Shown: positions 1-10,333 of the stretch, in pieces
Position numbering within the stretch: position 1 is the first letter of the stretch
How the letters are laid out: the number at the start of each line of letters is the position of its first letter
Sequence record: SRR20825006_1847
DNA length: 46,157 nt
Direction: 5' to 3' (one strand)
Made by a program: the position numbers and the translations under genes
The notes under the pieces: generated by a model
Seen by the model: the letters and a program-made list of their open reading frames with translations, nothing else
Told to the model about the DNA's origin: nothing
The model's database searches: none

Positions 1-710
1 TGCAGGAATTCCTGCTGCGGATGCTTGCGCCCGCCTTGCGGCGGCACGGAAGCCACGGTGCCTTCCATGATTTTCAGCAAAGCCTGTTGCACACCCTCGC
101 CCGACACATCGCGAGTGATCGAAGGATTGTCGGATTTGCGGGTGATTTTGTCGACTTCGTCGATGTAAACGATGCCGCGCTGCGCCCGCTCGACGTTATA
201 TTCAGACGCCTGAAGCAGTTTCAGGATAATGTTTTCGACATCTTCCCCGACATAGCCCGCCTCGGTCAAAGTCGTCGCATCGGCCATGGTGAAAGGCACG
301 TCGAGAATGCGCGCCAGCGTTTGCGCCAAAAGGGTTTTCCCGCAACCGGTCGGACCGATCAAAAGGATGTTCGACTTCGACAATTCGATGTCGCCATTGC
401 CTTTGGCCGCATGATTAAGGCGCTTGTAATGGTTGTGAACCGCCACAGACAACACGCGTTTCGCGGTCGCCTGACCGATCACATAATCATCGAGAACCTG
501 ACAAATGTCGCGCGGGGCAGGCACGCCCTCGGAGGATTTCAGACCAGAGGATTTGGTTTCCTCGCGAATGATATCCATGCACAGTTCGACACATTCGTCA
601 CAGATGAAAACGGTCGGGCCCGCAATCAATTTGCGCACCTCGTGCTGGCTCTTACCGCAGAACGAGCAGTAAAGCGTGTTTTTGCTGTCACTACTGGACG
701 AATTGCTCAT
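1..710 (-). CDS. clpX: ATP-dependent Clp protease ATP-binding subunit ClpX (runs off the window start)
   Basis: Manual translation from ATG at 710: [40 protein letters not shown] (ClpX zinc finger). Lies directly downstream of clpP. Absent from the ORF track because it is truncated. Confidence 0.97.
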   Translation of the reverse strand, partial: MSNSSSSDSKNTLYCSFCGKSQHEVRKLIAGPTVFICDECVELCMDIIREETKSSGLKSSEGVPAPRDICQVLDDYVIGQATAKRVLSVAVHNHYKRLNHAAKGNGDIELSKSNILLIGPTGCGKTLLAQTLARILDVPFTMADATTLTEAGYVGEDVENIILKLLQASEYNVERAQRGIVYIDEVDKITRKSDNPSITRDVSGEGVQQALLKIMEGTVASVPPQGGRKHPQQEFL

Positions 711-957
711 CACATTCCCCTAAGGACCCGGAACTGGGCCGTCTTTATAAATCTGGCTGAGCCCCAAACGGCGCTCAACTTTGCCCTGAAATAGCAGCCC
801 CCAAAGGGGCCGCCCATTGCCCTTGTTCCCCTGAGTGTAAGACAGCGATTTTTCGGGCACAATGGCAAAATCCCGATCGCACTTAACAGCATTGCGAGGC
901 CAATGGCCCCGCCCCTGACCGGCCCGGATGCATCCAGACCGATCAGAGCCTTTGATC

Positions 958-1581
958 TTACTCTTCCGGCACCGCGCGGCTTTCGACGATTTCGTCGATC
1001 AAACCAAAGGCTTTGGCATCTTCCGGCGACATGAAATTGTCGCGTTCAAGCGCATCCACCACGGTACCCATGGTTTGCCCGGTATGTTTGACGTAGATCT
1101 CATTGAGCCGATCTTTGAGTTTCTGCGTCTCTTTGGCGTGGATCATGATATCCGTCGCCTGACCTTGGTAGCCACCGGAGGGTTGGTGCACCATGACGCG
1201 CGAATTGGGCAGCGAGAAGCGCATGCCTTTTTCGCCCGCAGTCAGCAAAAGAGAGCCCATCGACGCCGCCTGCCCCATCACAAGGGTCGACACTTTCGGG
1301 CGGATATATTGCATCGTGTCATAGATCGACAGACCGGAGGTGACGACACCACCCGGGCTGTTGATATACATTGCGATCTCTTTTTTCGGATTCTCGGCCT
1401 CAAGGAACAAAAGCTGGGCACAGATCAGCGACGACATGCCGTCATGCACTGGACCGTTGAGGAAAATGATCCGCTCTTTGAGCAGGCGCGAGAAAATATC
1501 ATAGGCCCGCTCGCCACGGCTGGTCTGTTCAACGACCATGGGAACGAGGGTATTCATGTAGGTATCAATCGGGTCTTTCAT
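958..1581 (-). CDS. clpP: ATP-dependent Clp protease proteolytic subunit
   Basis: [47 protein letters not shown] and MVHQPSGG motifs. Confidence 0.98.
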   Translation of the reverse strand: MKDPIDTYMNTLVPMVVEQTSRGERAYDIFSRLLKERIIFLNGPVHDGMSSLICAQLLFLEAENPKKEIAMYINSPGGVVTSGLSIYDTMQYIRPKVSTLVMGQAASMGSLLLTAGEKGMRFSLPNSRVMVHQPSGGYQGQATDIMIHAKETQKLKDRLNEIYVKHTGQTMGTVVDALERDNFMSPEDAKAFGLIDEIVESRAVPEE

Positions 1582-1634
1582 ATACGCCTGCCTATTGCTT
1601 CTATGTGAGGTGTTAGCGCGGAAGTGTTACTTGA

Positions 1635-1663
1635 GTCTTAGTGTCGGACCGATGGGGCTGCAA
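1635..1663 (-). promoter_or_regulatory. Possible clpPX promoter (TTGCAG-N17-TAAGAC)
   Basis: Minus strand reads TTGCAG ccccatcggtccgacac TAAGAC, ending about 50 nt upstream of the clpP ATG. Confidence 0.3.
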
Positions 1664-1934
1664 GGGCACCCGGCTCTCAGATCGGCACTGCGACACGCCT
1701 TAGGCGCGCCCCCTGCCCCAAAGCCCTCTGTTGATTTGCCATTTTTTCCTTTTGCGTCAAATGGATGCGAAAATCCTCACAGGGGCTTTTGCGGGGGCGC
1801 ACAGATGTGTGATTTTGCTGTGTTGCCAGTTTGCCTCAAATTTCGATAAAATTTTAAGCAAAGTCTCCCAATCATCCGCCGCATCTTGCGCCCGCCACTC
1901 TGCCAAACATGCGCGCCGCAAACCGCCAAAGATG

Positions 1935-3026
1935 TCAGGCCACGCGCGCGAGCAAAGCCACCAAATGATTGTCCCAGGCCAGCCCCGGAACCGCCGTCAA
2001 AGGCCGCATATCGTCTTTGAGCGCCAAAAGCGCGCCAAAGCCATCAGAGCCAAGATAGCCCGCACCAAAGGGTGCAAGACCACAGAGATCGGCGCGCAAC
2101 ACCGCGCCCAAAAACGTGCCGTCGGCGGCGAAACGTTGTAACCGACCGCCGCGTGGCGACGTGATTGCCACCTCAGAGCCATCGCCCGAAAAGGCAATCG
2201 ACCCGGCATAGCCCTGCATCATCACATGCTCGGCCAAATTCGCCTCGGCCAAAACCACATCTTCACCACGTCGATGCAGCCCCAAAAGCGGCACGGCCTC
2301 GGCGGAATCGCCTTCCCATTGCATCGCAAAACCGACCTGATCGTCAGGGCCCACGGCCAGATGCCGGATCGAATTCTGGTGTAACTCGGGCGCAAGAACA
2401 TGCTGCTCTGCGAGGCCGAAATCCGCGTTCAGATAGGTCAGAGACGGAGTCATATCTGCGATGTTCAGTTTTTCGCGCCCCTCGCCAATCTCCGGATGGG
2501 TGAAAATCCCGCCATTGGCGACCACAAGGCTGCCATCGGACAGCTCGCGAATGTCGTGGGGACCAATGCCATGGCTCGGCACTTCGCCCACACGTTTATA
2601 GCCTTTCGCACGATCCCAGATGCCCAAAACACCTTTTTTCTCAGTATAGTGGTTCTCTGGTGTCAGCATCAGATTGCCCTCGCCGACAAACACCCCATGG
2701 CCCATGAAATGATGGCCTTGAGGCGCATCCAAACGATGGGTGACGGAGCCGGTGGCGCAATTTACCACCACGGCAAAGGTGCCCGGACGACGAGCAAAGG
2801 CCACCGCTTCGGGTTTGCTCGGATGGGCGGCGGCGGCATGGCCGCGGGCGGGCAAAGGCACACGAAACAGAATCTGCGCCGCCTCATCCATGCCATAGAG
2901 CGCGTAATCGCCCGAGGCATCGCGCGCCGCCCCCAAATAGGCCGGAGACCCGGCATCGGCCCAACTCAGACGCGGGACAACTGTGGCAGCGATGGCGGCT
3001 TTGATGAATGTGCGGCGGGAGGTCAT
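1935..3026 (-). CDS. DUF1513 family Tat-exported protein (iron-uptake cluster)
   Basis: Start reassigned to MTSRRTFIK (twin-arginine motif, AAAGGA RBS). LPARGHA, FARRPG, GIGPHD and WDNH motifs. Last gene of the imelysin cluster. Confidence 0.85.
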   Translation of the reverse strand: MTSRRTFIKAAIAATVVPRLSWADAGSPAYLGAARDASGDYALYGMDEAAQILFRVPLPARGHAAAAHPSKPEAVAFARRPGTFAVVVNCATGSVTHRLDAPQGHHFMGHGVFVGEGNLMLTPENHYTEKKGVLGIWDRAKGYKRVGEVPSHGIGPHDIRELSDGSLVVANGGIFTHPEIGEGREKLNIADMTPSLTYLNADFGLAEQHVLAPELHQNSIRHLAVGPDDQVGFAMQWEGDSAEAVPLLGLHRRGEDVVLAEANLAEHVMMQGYAGSIAFSGDGSEVAITSPRGGRLQRFAADGTFLGAVLRADLCGLAPFGAGYLGSDGFGALLALKDDMRPLTAVPGLAWDNHLVALLARVA

Positions 3027-3066
3027 GGGCAGTCCTTTGAGAGGGGGAGAGAGGCGGCGGCAACGA

Positions 3067-4107
3067 TCAATCGCCATCGGAGGCGTTGAACCCGGCGGAG
3101 ACGCCCAAAGGCAGGCCAACGTCATTGGCCAAAGCGCCCAAAAGCGCCTCGATCCGCTGGCCAACAATCTCGGTTTTGAGCCGCTGCATCGGCTCAATGA
3201 CGCCAGAGAAATCCGGGTCATTCAAGGCCTCGGCCAAGCCGATCACCTCGGCAAACATCTCTTCGCTGGCGCTCATGTCGCCCGGTGCCATGGTGCGGGC
3301 CAAATCGCGCGCCGCGATCAGCGACAAGACCACATTGCGCTCGGAGCGGCCCGACCGATAGGCCTCGGCGCGGGTTGGGCGCGGCTTGTCAAACGTTCCC
3401 AACGGGCGGGCAATGCGTTTGTCTTTGGTGTCCTCAAGGCCGGACATCAACATGGTATAAAGCGCCTGAACGCTTTCCTGCGGCGTCAGATAGTGAGGTT
3501 TTGCCGCCGCTCCCGCCTCGCGCAACGTGTCGGCAAACCCGTCTGGCGCGGTCCATTCCGCGTCAATCACCTGTGCCATCCGGCCCAGATCATGGGTGAT
3601 CGCCTGAACCAGCTCGCAGGAATAGCTGCCCGCCGCATAGTCATCAAAGGCGTCATCATAGAGCATGTATTCGAGCGCAAAGAACCCGCGTGCGGCAATG
3701 GAAACTTGCGAAAACGCCTGTGGGTCCTGCACAACCGGGTCTTTGGCCGCAATCATATCGGCCAGAGCGCGCGGGATCAGGCCCTTTTTATCGGGCCAAA
3801 AGGCGATGGTCAGAATACGGCCATTGGTCTCAAGCGGTCCCATATGCAGGTGTTGCAGCCCCATCCACGCGTCAAACGCGGCGTTATAGGCGGGTTTGAC
3901 AGCCTCGGGCGTGCAATCTGCGGCGGCGGCATCCGACAGGGCCGTGGCGGCGTGATCAAACCGCGCAACCGCCGGAGTCGCATGCTGATCCACCGCCCGC
4001 GTAAGCGCGTCTTGCAACGGGTCGGCCAGAACCGGCGCCGCGACACTCAAGGACAGGCCCAGCCCAAGGGAGGTGACAAGCGAAGTGGCCAGAAATCTCA
4101 TACGCAT
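3067..4107 (-). CDS. Imelysin family (peptidase M75-like) exported protein
   Basis: Signal peptide, FWPDKKG, RGFFALEYMLY and C-terminal GFNASDGD, typical of the second imelysin-like gene in these clusters. Confidence 0.88.
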   Translation of the reverse strand: MRMRFLATSLVTSLGLGLSLSVAAPVLADPLQDALTRAVDQHATPAVARFDHAATALSDAAAADCTPEAVKPAYNAAFDAWMGLQHLHMGPLETNGRILTIAFWPDKKGLIPRALADMIAAKDPVVQDPQAFSQVSIAARGFFALEYMLYDDAFDDYAAGSYSCELVQAITHDLGRMAQVIDAEWTAPDGFADTLREAGAAAKPHYLTPQESVQALYTMLMSGLEDTKDKRIARPLGTFDKPRPTRAEAYRSGRSERNVVLSLIAARDLARTMAPGDMSASEEMFAEVIGLAEALNDPDFSGVIEPMQRLKTEIVGQRIEALLGALANDVGLPLGVSAGFNASDGD

Positions 4108-4113
4108 ATGTCC

Positions 4114-5703
4114 TCACAGACTTTCTAGGAACCGGATCAAAGCGGCACGATCCGATTTTGACATCACCGTCACAGCATCGCGCGCCGCTTGCGCCTCACC
4201 GCCATGCCAGAGCACCGCTTCCAAAAGCGAGCGCGCCCGGCCATCGTGGAGGTAGGTCGTAGCCCCGGAAACCTGCGCCGTCAAACCGATCCCCCACAAC
4301 GGCGGCGTGCGCCACTCGCGCCCGGTGGCGCGGCCCTCGGGGCGATTGTCCGCCAAATCCGGCCCCATGTCATGCAAAAGCAGATCACTATAGGGCCAGA
4401 TCAGTTGAAACGACTGCGGGGTCGAGGTCGCGCCCTCAAGCCGGTGGGTGACAAATTTCGGCACATGGCACGACGCGCAGCCCGAGGTGTAAAACATCTC
4501 CTTGCCGCGCAGGACCTCTGGATCATCCACATCCCGGCGCGCGGGCACGGCCAGATTGCGGGCATAAAACGTCACAAGATCGAGACCGGATTGATCAATC
4601 TCATCGCCGCGCACGTCCCCCGCACCATCGGGAGCTGTGCGACAGGCGACCTGTTCCACCGTGCAATCACCAAACGTGGTGGGAAACAGCGGTGTGGAAA
4701 TGCCAATGTCACCATGAAAGGCGGCGGCGGATTGGTGTTCCACGCGCGGCTCCCCGGCTTTCCAGCCAAACCGACCCAGCATCGGTGCCCCCTCCCGCTC
4801 TGACCATACCAGATTAGGCCTGCCCGAAATCCCATCGCCATTCTCATCCTCAGGGTCAGCATGGGCCAAAAGATCAGCTGCCGGAATCGCCTCCAACAGG
4901 CCCAGACCGATCATCGGAGTGGCCACACGCGGCGAGATTTGCAGATCCTTGGGCAAAGCACCGTAGCCCGGATTTGAAATGGTGTAATTCGGCCTGCGCA
5001 ACATCACAACCTCACCGTCAGCTAAGGTCACGGGGATCTCGGTATAGGCGATTTCCATCCGCCCCTCGGCGGCATGGCCCGTGATGGCAAAATCCTGCAA
5101 CTGGCCGCCATATCCGGGCGCGGGACGTGTGCGCGGCGTGGCGTTTGGCCCGTCAAGATCGGCCAGATAGGCCTCAATCTCGGTCAACGCCGCAGTTTGG
5201 GGTGCGGGCACCGAGAGGCGCAAAAACATCGACACGCGGCTGTCGTCTGGGTGTTCTGGCGGATGCCCGCGCCCATCCTTGACATGGCACCTCATGCAGG
5301 AACGCGCATTGAACAGCGGCCCCAAACCGTCCGACGCCTTGGTCGAAGACGGCGACGAGACCCAGAGCTTGGCGAACAGCGCATGGCCCAATTCGAAATC
5401 GAGCCGATCGTTCAAGGGCAACGTGGTGGGCGGCAGAGAAAACACCGTGTCATCGCCCGTATCCGCCACGGTCCCCGCCCCGCCTTGGTTGGCCTCAAAC
5501 GGCTCTGGCGTGGTGAAATCAACCGTTGGGGCCGTCACCGCGTTGATCCGCGCCTGCTCCTGCGCCGTGCGGGGGTAGATCGGCAAAGCGGGATCATCTT
5601 TGGTTCCATCGGCCCCGCCCGCCTGCCCGGCCAACACCGATAAAACGCACAAAGCCCCGATCAAACGCGGGGCCTGTTTCACATGTGGGGAAAGGATAAG
5701 CAT
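4114..5703 (-). CDS. Di-haem oxidoreductase family protein (DUF1111)
   Basis: Two CxxCH haem motifs (SCMRCH, GCASCH), DGLGPLFNARSC, WRTPPLWGIG, YLHDGRARSLLEAVLWHGGEA. Start placed at ATG 5703 behind AAGGA. Confidence 0.9.
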   Translation of the reverse strand: MLILSPHVKQAPRLIGALCVLSVLAGQAGGADGTKDDPALPIYPRTAQEQARINAVTAPTVDFTTPEPFEANQGGAGTVADTGDDTVFSLPPTTLPLNDRLDFELGHALFAKLWVSSPSSTKASDGLGPLFNARSCMRCHVKDGRGHPPEHPDDSRVSMFLRLSVPAPQTAALTEIEAYLADLDGPNATPRTRPAPGYGGQLQDFAITGHAAEGRMEIAYTEIPVTLADGEVVMLRRPNYTISNPGYGALPKDLQISPRVATPMIGLGLLEAIPAADLLAHADPEDENGDGISGRPNLVWSEREGAPMLGRFGWKAGEPRVEHQSAAAFHGDIGISTPLFPTTFGDCTVEQVACRTAPDGAGDVRGDEIDQSGLDLVTFYARNLAVPARRDVDDPEVLRGKEMFYTSGCASCHVPKFVTHRLEGATSTPQSFQLIWPYSDLLLHDMGPDLADNRPEGRATGREWRTPPLWGIGLTAQVSGATTYLHDGRARSLLEAVLWHGGEAQAARDAVTVMSKSDRAALIRFLESL

Positions 5704-5759
5704 AGATGTCCTTGCCAAAAGGCGGGTTTCAACGCGCGGTGCCACAGGGGGCCATAAGA

Positions 5760-5778
5760 GGGGGGCTGAAAGCCCCCC
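5760..5778 (-). terminator. Stem-loop downstream of the first imelysin gene
   Basis: GGGGGGCT-GAA-AGCCCCCC perfect 8-bp stem, followed on the minus strand by TCTTAT. Confidence 0.55.
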
Positions 5779-5801
5779 ACGCATGTGTTTTTGCCTCGGG
5801 T

Positions 5802-7061
5802 TTATTCAAACACGGCGGAGGGGTTGTCCAGGCTGTCAGAGCCCTCAACCGAGACCTCGCCCGCTTGCAAAACCGTCACGGCCCGCTCAATCGAGCGTGT
5901 TTGCAGCACAAGGGCATCAACCGCCGACATGATCAACTCTTCGCCCGCCGCATTGCCGCGCGCAAGCATTTGGTCATAGGAGAACCCGGCTTCGGCGGCG
6001 GCTTTGATCTGACCCAATTCGGCCACGGAATGATCCACCGCCGCGCTCAATTCTGCACCCGCCTCCGGGTCTGCCGCAGTCAACAGATCGGCAAGGCTTT
6101 CGCCGCTGATCAAGGTTCCATCCGTGCGCACATATTGGCCGGTGAACACATTGCGCATCCCCAAACCGTCATAGAAATGTGAATTGTGGGTGTTGTCGGA
6201 GAAACAATCATGCTCCTCTTCCGGGTCATTGAGCATCAGGCCGAGCTTCATCCGTTCGCCGCCCAATTCGCCATAGGACAAGGAGCCCATGCCGGTGAGC
6301 ATCGCCACAATACCGGCTGCCGGATCGGCCAGAACCGTTTCTCGCGCTTCGCCGCCCTCGGCCCATTGCCCGACCATATACTCAAGATCAGACATCAACA
6401 GATCGGTGACCGCAGTCAAATAGTGCCCACGCCGATCACAGTTGCCGTTGGTGCAGCCCTCGCCCACGACATAATCGGTGTAGGGGCGATTGCCCGCACC
6501 ATGCTCGGTGCCGTTCAAATCCTGACCCCAGAGCAGGAATTCGATGGCATGATAGCCGGAGGCGACATTGGCCTCGACCTCATCCGCCTCATGCAATGTC
6601 TCGCCGATCAGCTCGGGCGTGATCTCGGTGGCGTCAATCTCGGTACCCGATAGGGTAAATTTCGGCGTGGCGATGACATTGAGCGCGGCATAGTCGTTCT
6701 CGTCTGTCGGTCCGCCATAGGAGGCGTCGACATAGTCGATCAGCCCTTCGTCAAGCGGCCAGGCGTTCACCTTGCCCTCCCAGTCATCGACGATGGGGTT
6801 GCCGAAACGGAAGACTTCAGTTTGCTGATAGGGCACACGAGCGGCGATCCATGCTGTGCGCGCCGCTGTCAGGCCTGCCTCGGACGGATCGGTCAACAGC
6901 GTGTCAATGGCTGTGCGCAACTCCTGCGCCTTGATCAACGCGTCCTCAAACGTGGCGTGGCCGATCTCGACATAGGTGTCCACCACCTCTTTTTCGCCCG
7001 CAAAGGCCGGTGCCAGCGGCAGGGTGGCGGCGAACAGTGCCGTCGTCGTCATGCGTTTCAT
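5802..7061 (-). CDS. irpA: Imelysin family iron-regulated protein A-like
   Basis: Signal peptide MKRMTTTALFAA, VNAWPLDEGLIDYV, GYHAIEFLLWGQD (GxHxxE metal motif), EEEHDCFSDNTH. Confidence 0.9.
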   Translation of the reverse strand: MKRMTTTALFAATLPLAPAFAGEKEVVDTYVEIGHATFEDALIKAQELRTAIDTLLTDPSEAGLTAARTAWIAARVPYQQTEVFRFGNPIVDDWEGKVNAWPLDEGLIDYVDASYGGPTDENDYAALNVIATPKFTLSGTEIDATEITPELIGETLHEADEVEANVASGYHAIEFLLWGQDLNGTEHGAGNRPYTDYVVGEGCTNGNCDRRGHYLTAVTDLLMSDLEYMVGQWAEGGEARETVLADPAAGIVAMLTGMGSLSYGELGGERMKLGLMLNDPEEEHDCFSDNTHNSHFYDGLGMRNVFTGQYVRTDGTLISGESLADLLTAADPEAGAELSAAVDHSVAELGQIKAAAEAGFSYDQMLARGNAAGEELIMSAVDALVLQTRSIERAVTVLQAGEVSVEGSDSLDNPSAVFE

Positions 7062-7158
7062 CAGTCTTATCCCTTTCCTGTGCCCCACCGCCTCTTTGGG
7101 CGGTCAAGATCACGTTCCATTTGCCCCGCGTTCGGGCGGTGGCTCATGGGGTCAATAA

Positions 7159-7209
7159 CTGACTTTTTTAGTATGTTATGTCAATCCCGATTGTTTTAAT
7201 TGGAATTGA
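7159..7209. promoter_or_regulatory. Tandem Iron-Rhodo-box-like palindromes (putative Rrf2/IscR-type iron regulator sites)
   Basis: CTGACT-TTTTT-AGTATG (7159-7175) and TCAATCCCGATT-GTTTT-AATTGGAATTGA (7181-7209), about 100-150 nt upstream of irpA. They resemble the CTGACT-N5-AGTCAG motif of Rhodobacteraceae iron genes. Confidence 0.65.
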
Positions 7210-7259
7210 ACACCGCATAGCCCCTGTCAGAAAACGTCGTAAACTACTGTTTTCGCGCC

Positions 7260-8405
7260 TCAATCCAAGGTCTGCCGATACCGCCGCAAGGCCACAATCA
7301 CCACCACGACCAAGATCACGGCAATCGCCAACATATCCGGTGCCACCTCGCGCAGACCGCCATCTTTGAGCATCACCTTGCGGACAACCCGCAAAAAATG
7401 CGTCGCGGGAATCGCTGTGCCAAGCGCCTGCGCCCAGCCCGGCATCGCCGCAAACGGGAACATGAACCCGGACAAAAGAATGGTCGGCAGGATGGTGAAA
7501 AACGACAATTGCATCGCCTGCATTTGCGACCGCGCCATGGTCGAGACCAGAAATCCAATCGCCAGATTGACCACGATATAAAGGTTGAAACCAAGGAAAA
7601 ACGCCAGAAATGACCCCTCGAACGGCACATCGAACAACACCCGTGCTGCGATCAAAAACACCAGCGTTTGCACATAGCCGACAAAGACATAGGGGATGAT
7701 TTTGCCCAACATCACCTCGGCGGGCGTCACCGGCGTGGCAATCAGGCTTTCCATCGTGCCACGTTCGCTTTCGCGCACAATCGCCACCGCCGTGATCATC
7801 ACCATGGTCATCGACAGGATCACCGCCAAGAGCCCCGGCACGATGTTGGTCGAGGTCTTGCCCTCGGGATTGAACGCCCGGTGGATGACCATATCAAACG
7901 GCGCAGGCGCCCCCGCCGCAAAGGCCAGAGGCCCGGTCAGGCTTTGCGCAATCGCGGTGTTGACCACACCATTGATCGCCCCAATCGCGCCCCCCGCCGC
8001 CACCGGATCGGAGGCATCCACCGTCAACAAAATCTCGGGGCGCAGCCCCCGGATCATATCGCGATCAAACCCCGGCGGCACGGTCAGGATCACCGTGGCA
8101 CGGCCATCTCGCAGCGCCAGATCACTTTCCGCCTCAGAGGTCGAAATCCCAATGAAATCAAAATATTCGGAGGTGTCCATCGCCGTCGTCAACGCATGCA
8201 AAATCGGGCTTTCCTCGGTCATTTCCACCAAGGTCGGCAGGTGACGCGGATCGGTGTCGATGGCATAGCCAAACAGCAAAAGTTGCACCACCGGAATGCC
8301 GATCATCATCGCAAAGGTCACGCGATCACGACGCATTTGGATGAATTCCTTGATCAGAACCCCGGCAAAGCGCGCCCATGAAAAGAACCGCCCCCGCCCG
8401 CTCAT
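7260..8405 (-). CDS. ABC-2 type exporter permease (YbhR/YbhS-like)
   Basis: KEFIQMRRDR, VRESERGTMESLIATP and LLSGFMFP motifs; multiple TM segments. Confidence 0.92.
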   Translation of the reverse strand: MSGRGRFFSWARFAGVLIKEFIQMRRDRVTFAMMIGIPVVQLLLFGYAIDTDPRHLPTLVEMTEESPILHALTTAMDTSEYFDFIGISTSEAESDLALRDGRATVILTVPPGFDRDMIRGLRPEILLTVDASDPVAAGGAIGAINGVVNTAIAQSLTGPLAFAAGAPAPFDMVIHRAFNPEGKTSTNIVPGLLAVILSMTMVMITAVAIVRESERGTMESLIATPVTPAEVMLGKIIPYVFVGYVQTLVFLIAARVLFDVPFEGSFLAFFLGFNLYIVVNLAIGFLVSTMARSQMQAMQLSFFTILPTILLSGFMFPFAAMPGWAQALGTAIPATHFLRVVRKVMLKDGGLREVAPDMLAIAVILVVVVIVALRRYRQTLD

Positions 8406-9367
8406 GATACGACCTCCAACTCAGCGCCAAAGTTGTCGCGCGCGCCAGCCATGAGGTAGATAAACGCCTCCTCAAGACCGGCCTTTTTGGCGCGCCACTC
8501 ATGGCTGCCGCGTGCGGTTTCGCGTTTGGCCAGCGCCTCAAGCGCCGCTTTGTCCGTGCCCGACACATGCAATTCCGCGCCAAAGCGGATCACCTGCCCG
8601 GCTGCGGCGTCTTGTTTCAAACGCTCTTCCAAAGGTGTCAAATCCGGCCCTGTCACCACGAATGTGTGCAATCCGATCTGGCCGGGGATCTCGGACGCCG
8701 CCCCGTCGATCAACTTTTTGCCATAGGCGATATAGGCGATATGGTCGCATTGCACCGCCTCGTCCATGTAATGGGTCGACACCAATACCGTCACGCCCTT
8801 GGCGCTCAACCGTCTGATTTCATCCCAAAAATCGCGCCGCGCCTTGGGGTCCACCCCCGCTGTCGGTTCGTCCAGAAGCAACAGGTCCGGCGCATGGATC
8901 ATACAGGCCGCGAGCGCCAAGCGCTGCTTCCAGCCCCCCGACAACGTGCCCGCCAATTGATGCGCCCGGCCTTCAAGTCCCAGATCGCGCACCGCGTCTA
9001 AAACCTGTTGCTTGCGGTTCGGCATATCAAACATCCGCGCCACGAAATCGAGGTTTTCCGCGATGGTCAGATCTTCGTAAAGCGAAAACTTTTGCGTCAT
9101 GTAGCCGACGCGCTTTTTGATTTCGCGCGACTGTTTGACGATATCGAGGCCAAGGCAATGTCCCTCGCCCGCATCCGGCGTCAACAACCCGCACATCATC
9201 CGAATGGTGGTGGTTTTGCCCGACCCGTTCGGCCCCAGAAAGCCATAAATCGCGCCCTTTTTGACCTCCATATCAAAGCCATCGACGACCTTGCGGGTGC
9301 CAAAAATCTTGGTCAATCCGCGCACGGAAATGGCAATGTCATCGGCGTGACCAAACCCCGTTTCCAT
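8402..9367 (-). CDS. ABC exporter ATP-binding protein
   Basis: Walker A GPNGSGKT, LSGGWKQR signature, LLLDEPTAGVDP. Confidence 0.95.
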   Translation of the reverse strand: METGFGHADDIAISVRGLTKIFGTRKVVDGFDMEVKKGAIYGFLGPNGSGKTTTIRMMCGLLTPDAGEGHCLGLDIVKQSREIKKRVGYMTQKFSLYEDLTIAENLDFVARMFDMPNRKQQVLDAVRDLGLEGRAHQLAGTLSGGWKQRLALAACMIHAPDLLLLDEPTAGVDPKARRDFWDEIRRLSAKGVTVLVSTHYMDEAVQCDHIAYIAYGKKLIDGAASEIPGQIGLHTFVVTGPDLTPLEERLKQDAAAGQVIRFGAELHVSGTDKAALEALAKRETARGSHEWRAKKAGLEEAFIYLMAGARDNFGAELEVVS

Positions 9368-9370
9368 GGC

Positions 9371-10333
9371 CTATTTCCCCACCGCTGAGGCGGCATCGAC
9401 CGTGATCGGTTGCCCCGGCAAAACGCCCTTTGGTTCGATCACATCGGCCTCGACCCGGTAAACCAAGCGGCCGCGTTGTTCGCGGGTGTAAAGGATCGGC
9501 GGAGTGTATTGCGGGTCCGAGGCCATGCGGGTGATTTTTGCTGTTAAATCAATTGGACAGCCATCGCAACTCACCTGAACCACATCGCCAGACTGCAAAT
9601 CCGCGCGCTCGGATTCCGGCACGAAAAACAGCGCCGTCAGATCGCCCGGCGGCAACAGCGCCACCACGGGCACCCCGGTCGCTGCCACTTCACCCGCGTC
9701 GAAATAGACCTTGTCGACCCGCCCCGCCTGAGGCGCGCGCACCTGTCGGTCCTCAAGGTTGGAATGCGCCAAATCGACCTGCGCGCGCGCCGCCTCAACC
9801 CCCGCTTCGGCGGCCACACGTTGGGCCGCGCGCGCCGGCAACTCCGCCACTTTCAACTGCGCTTCAAAATTGGCGACCGAAGCGGCCGCTTCGTCCACCG
9901 CCGCCTGGCCATCATCCACCGCCGCCTGCGTGGTCGCGCCCTTGGCCAACAGCGCCTTGGCCCGGTCCAACCGGGTTTGGGCAATGTCATAGGCCACGCG
10001 AGCTTGGCGCAACGAGGCGCGGATGACCTCGGTTTCGGCCTCGCGCGACCCGGTGGACAGGTTTTCCAATTCGGCCTGTGCCTGTGCCAATTGCGCCTCG
10101 GCGCTGCGTAAACTGGCTTTGGCTTGGCCATCCTCAAGGGCAAAAAGCAAGGCCCCCTCCGCCACATCCTGACCTTCTGTCACCGCGATTTGATCAATGC
10201 GCCCACTGGCAGCAGCGGCGGCATAGACGTAATCGCCTTCGATATAGCCGTCATAGACATAGGGCGGCGCGGGGGTGAACCCCGGATAAATCGCAGCAAT
10301 GACAGCGACAATCCAGCTTGGGAGATCAGCCAT
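9371..10333 (-). CDS. HlyD family membrane fusion protein (YbhG-like)
   Basis: GYIEGDYVY, Ala/Gln-rich coiled coil, QYTPPILYTREQR. Start MADLPSW overlaps the TetR stop. Confidence 0.9.
   Translation of the reverse strand: MADLPSWIVAVIAAIYPGFTPAPPYVYDGYIEGDYVYAAAAASGRIDQIAVTEGQDVAEGALLFALEDGQAKASLRSAEAQLAQAQAELENLSTGSREAETEVIRASLRQARVAYDIAQTRLDRAKALLAKGATTQAAVDDGQAAVDEAAASVANFEAQLKVAELPARAAQRVAAEAGVEAARAQVDLAHSNLEDRQVRAPQAGRVDKVYFDAGEVAATGVPVVALLPPGDLTALFFVPESERADLQSGDVVQVSCDGCPIDLTAKITRMASDPQYTPPILYTREQRGRLVYRVEADVIEPKGVLPGQPITVDAASAVGK

Noticed and set aside
21-1608. Long plus-strand ORFs 21..794 and 928..1608
   Set aside because: They are antisense shadows of clpX and clpP, common in high-GC3 genomes. 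The same applies to most other overlapping ORFs in the track (e.g. 2983..4128, 25819..27000, 33316..34623, 45153..45983).
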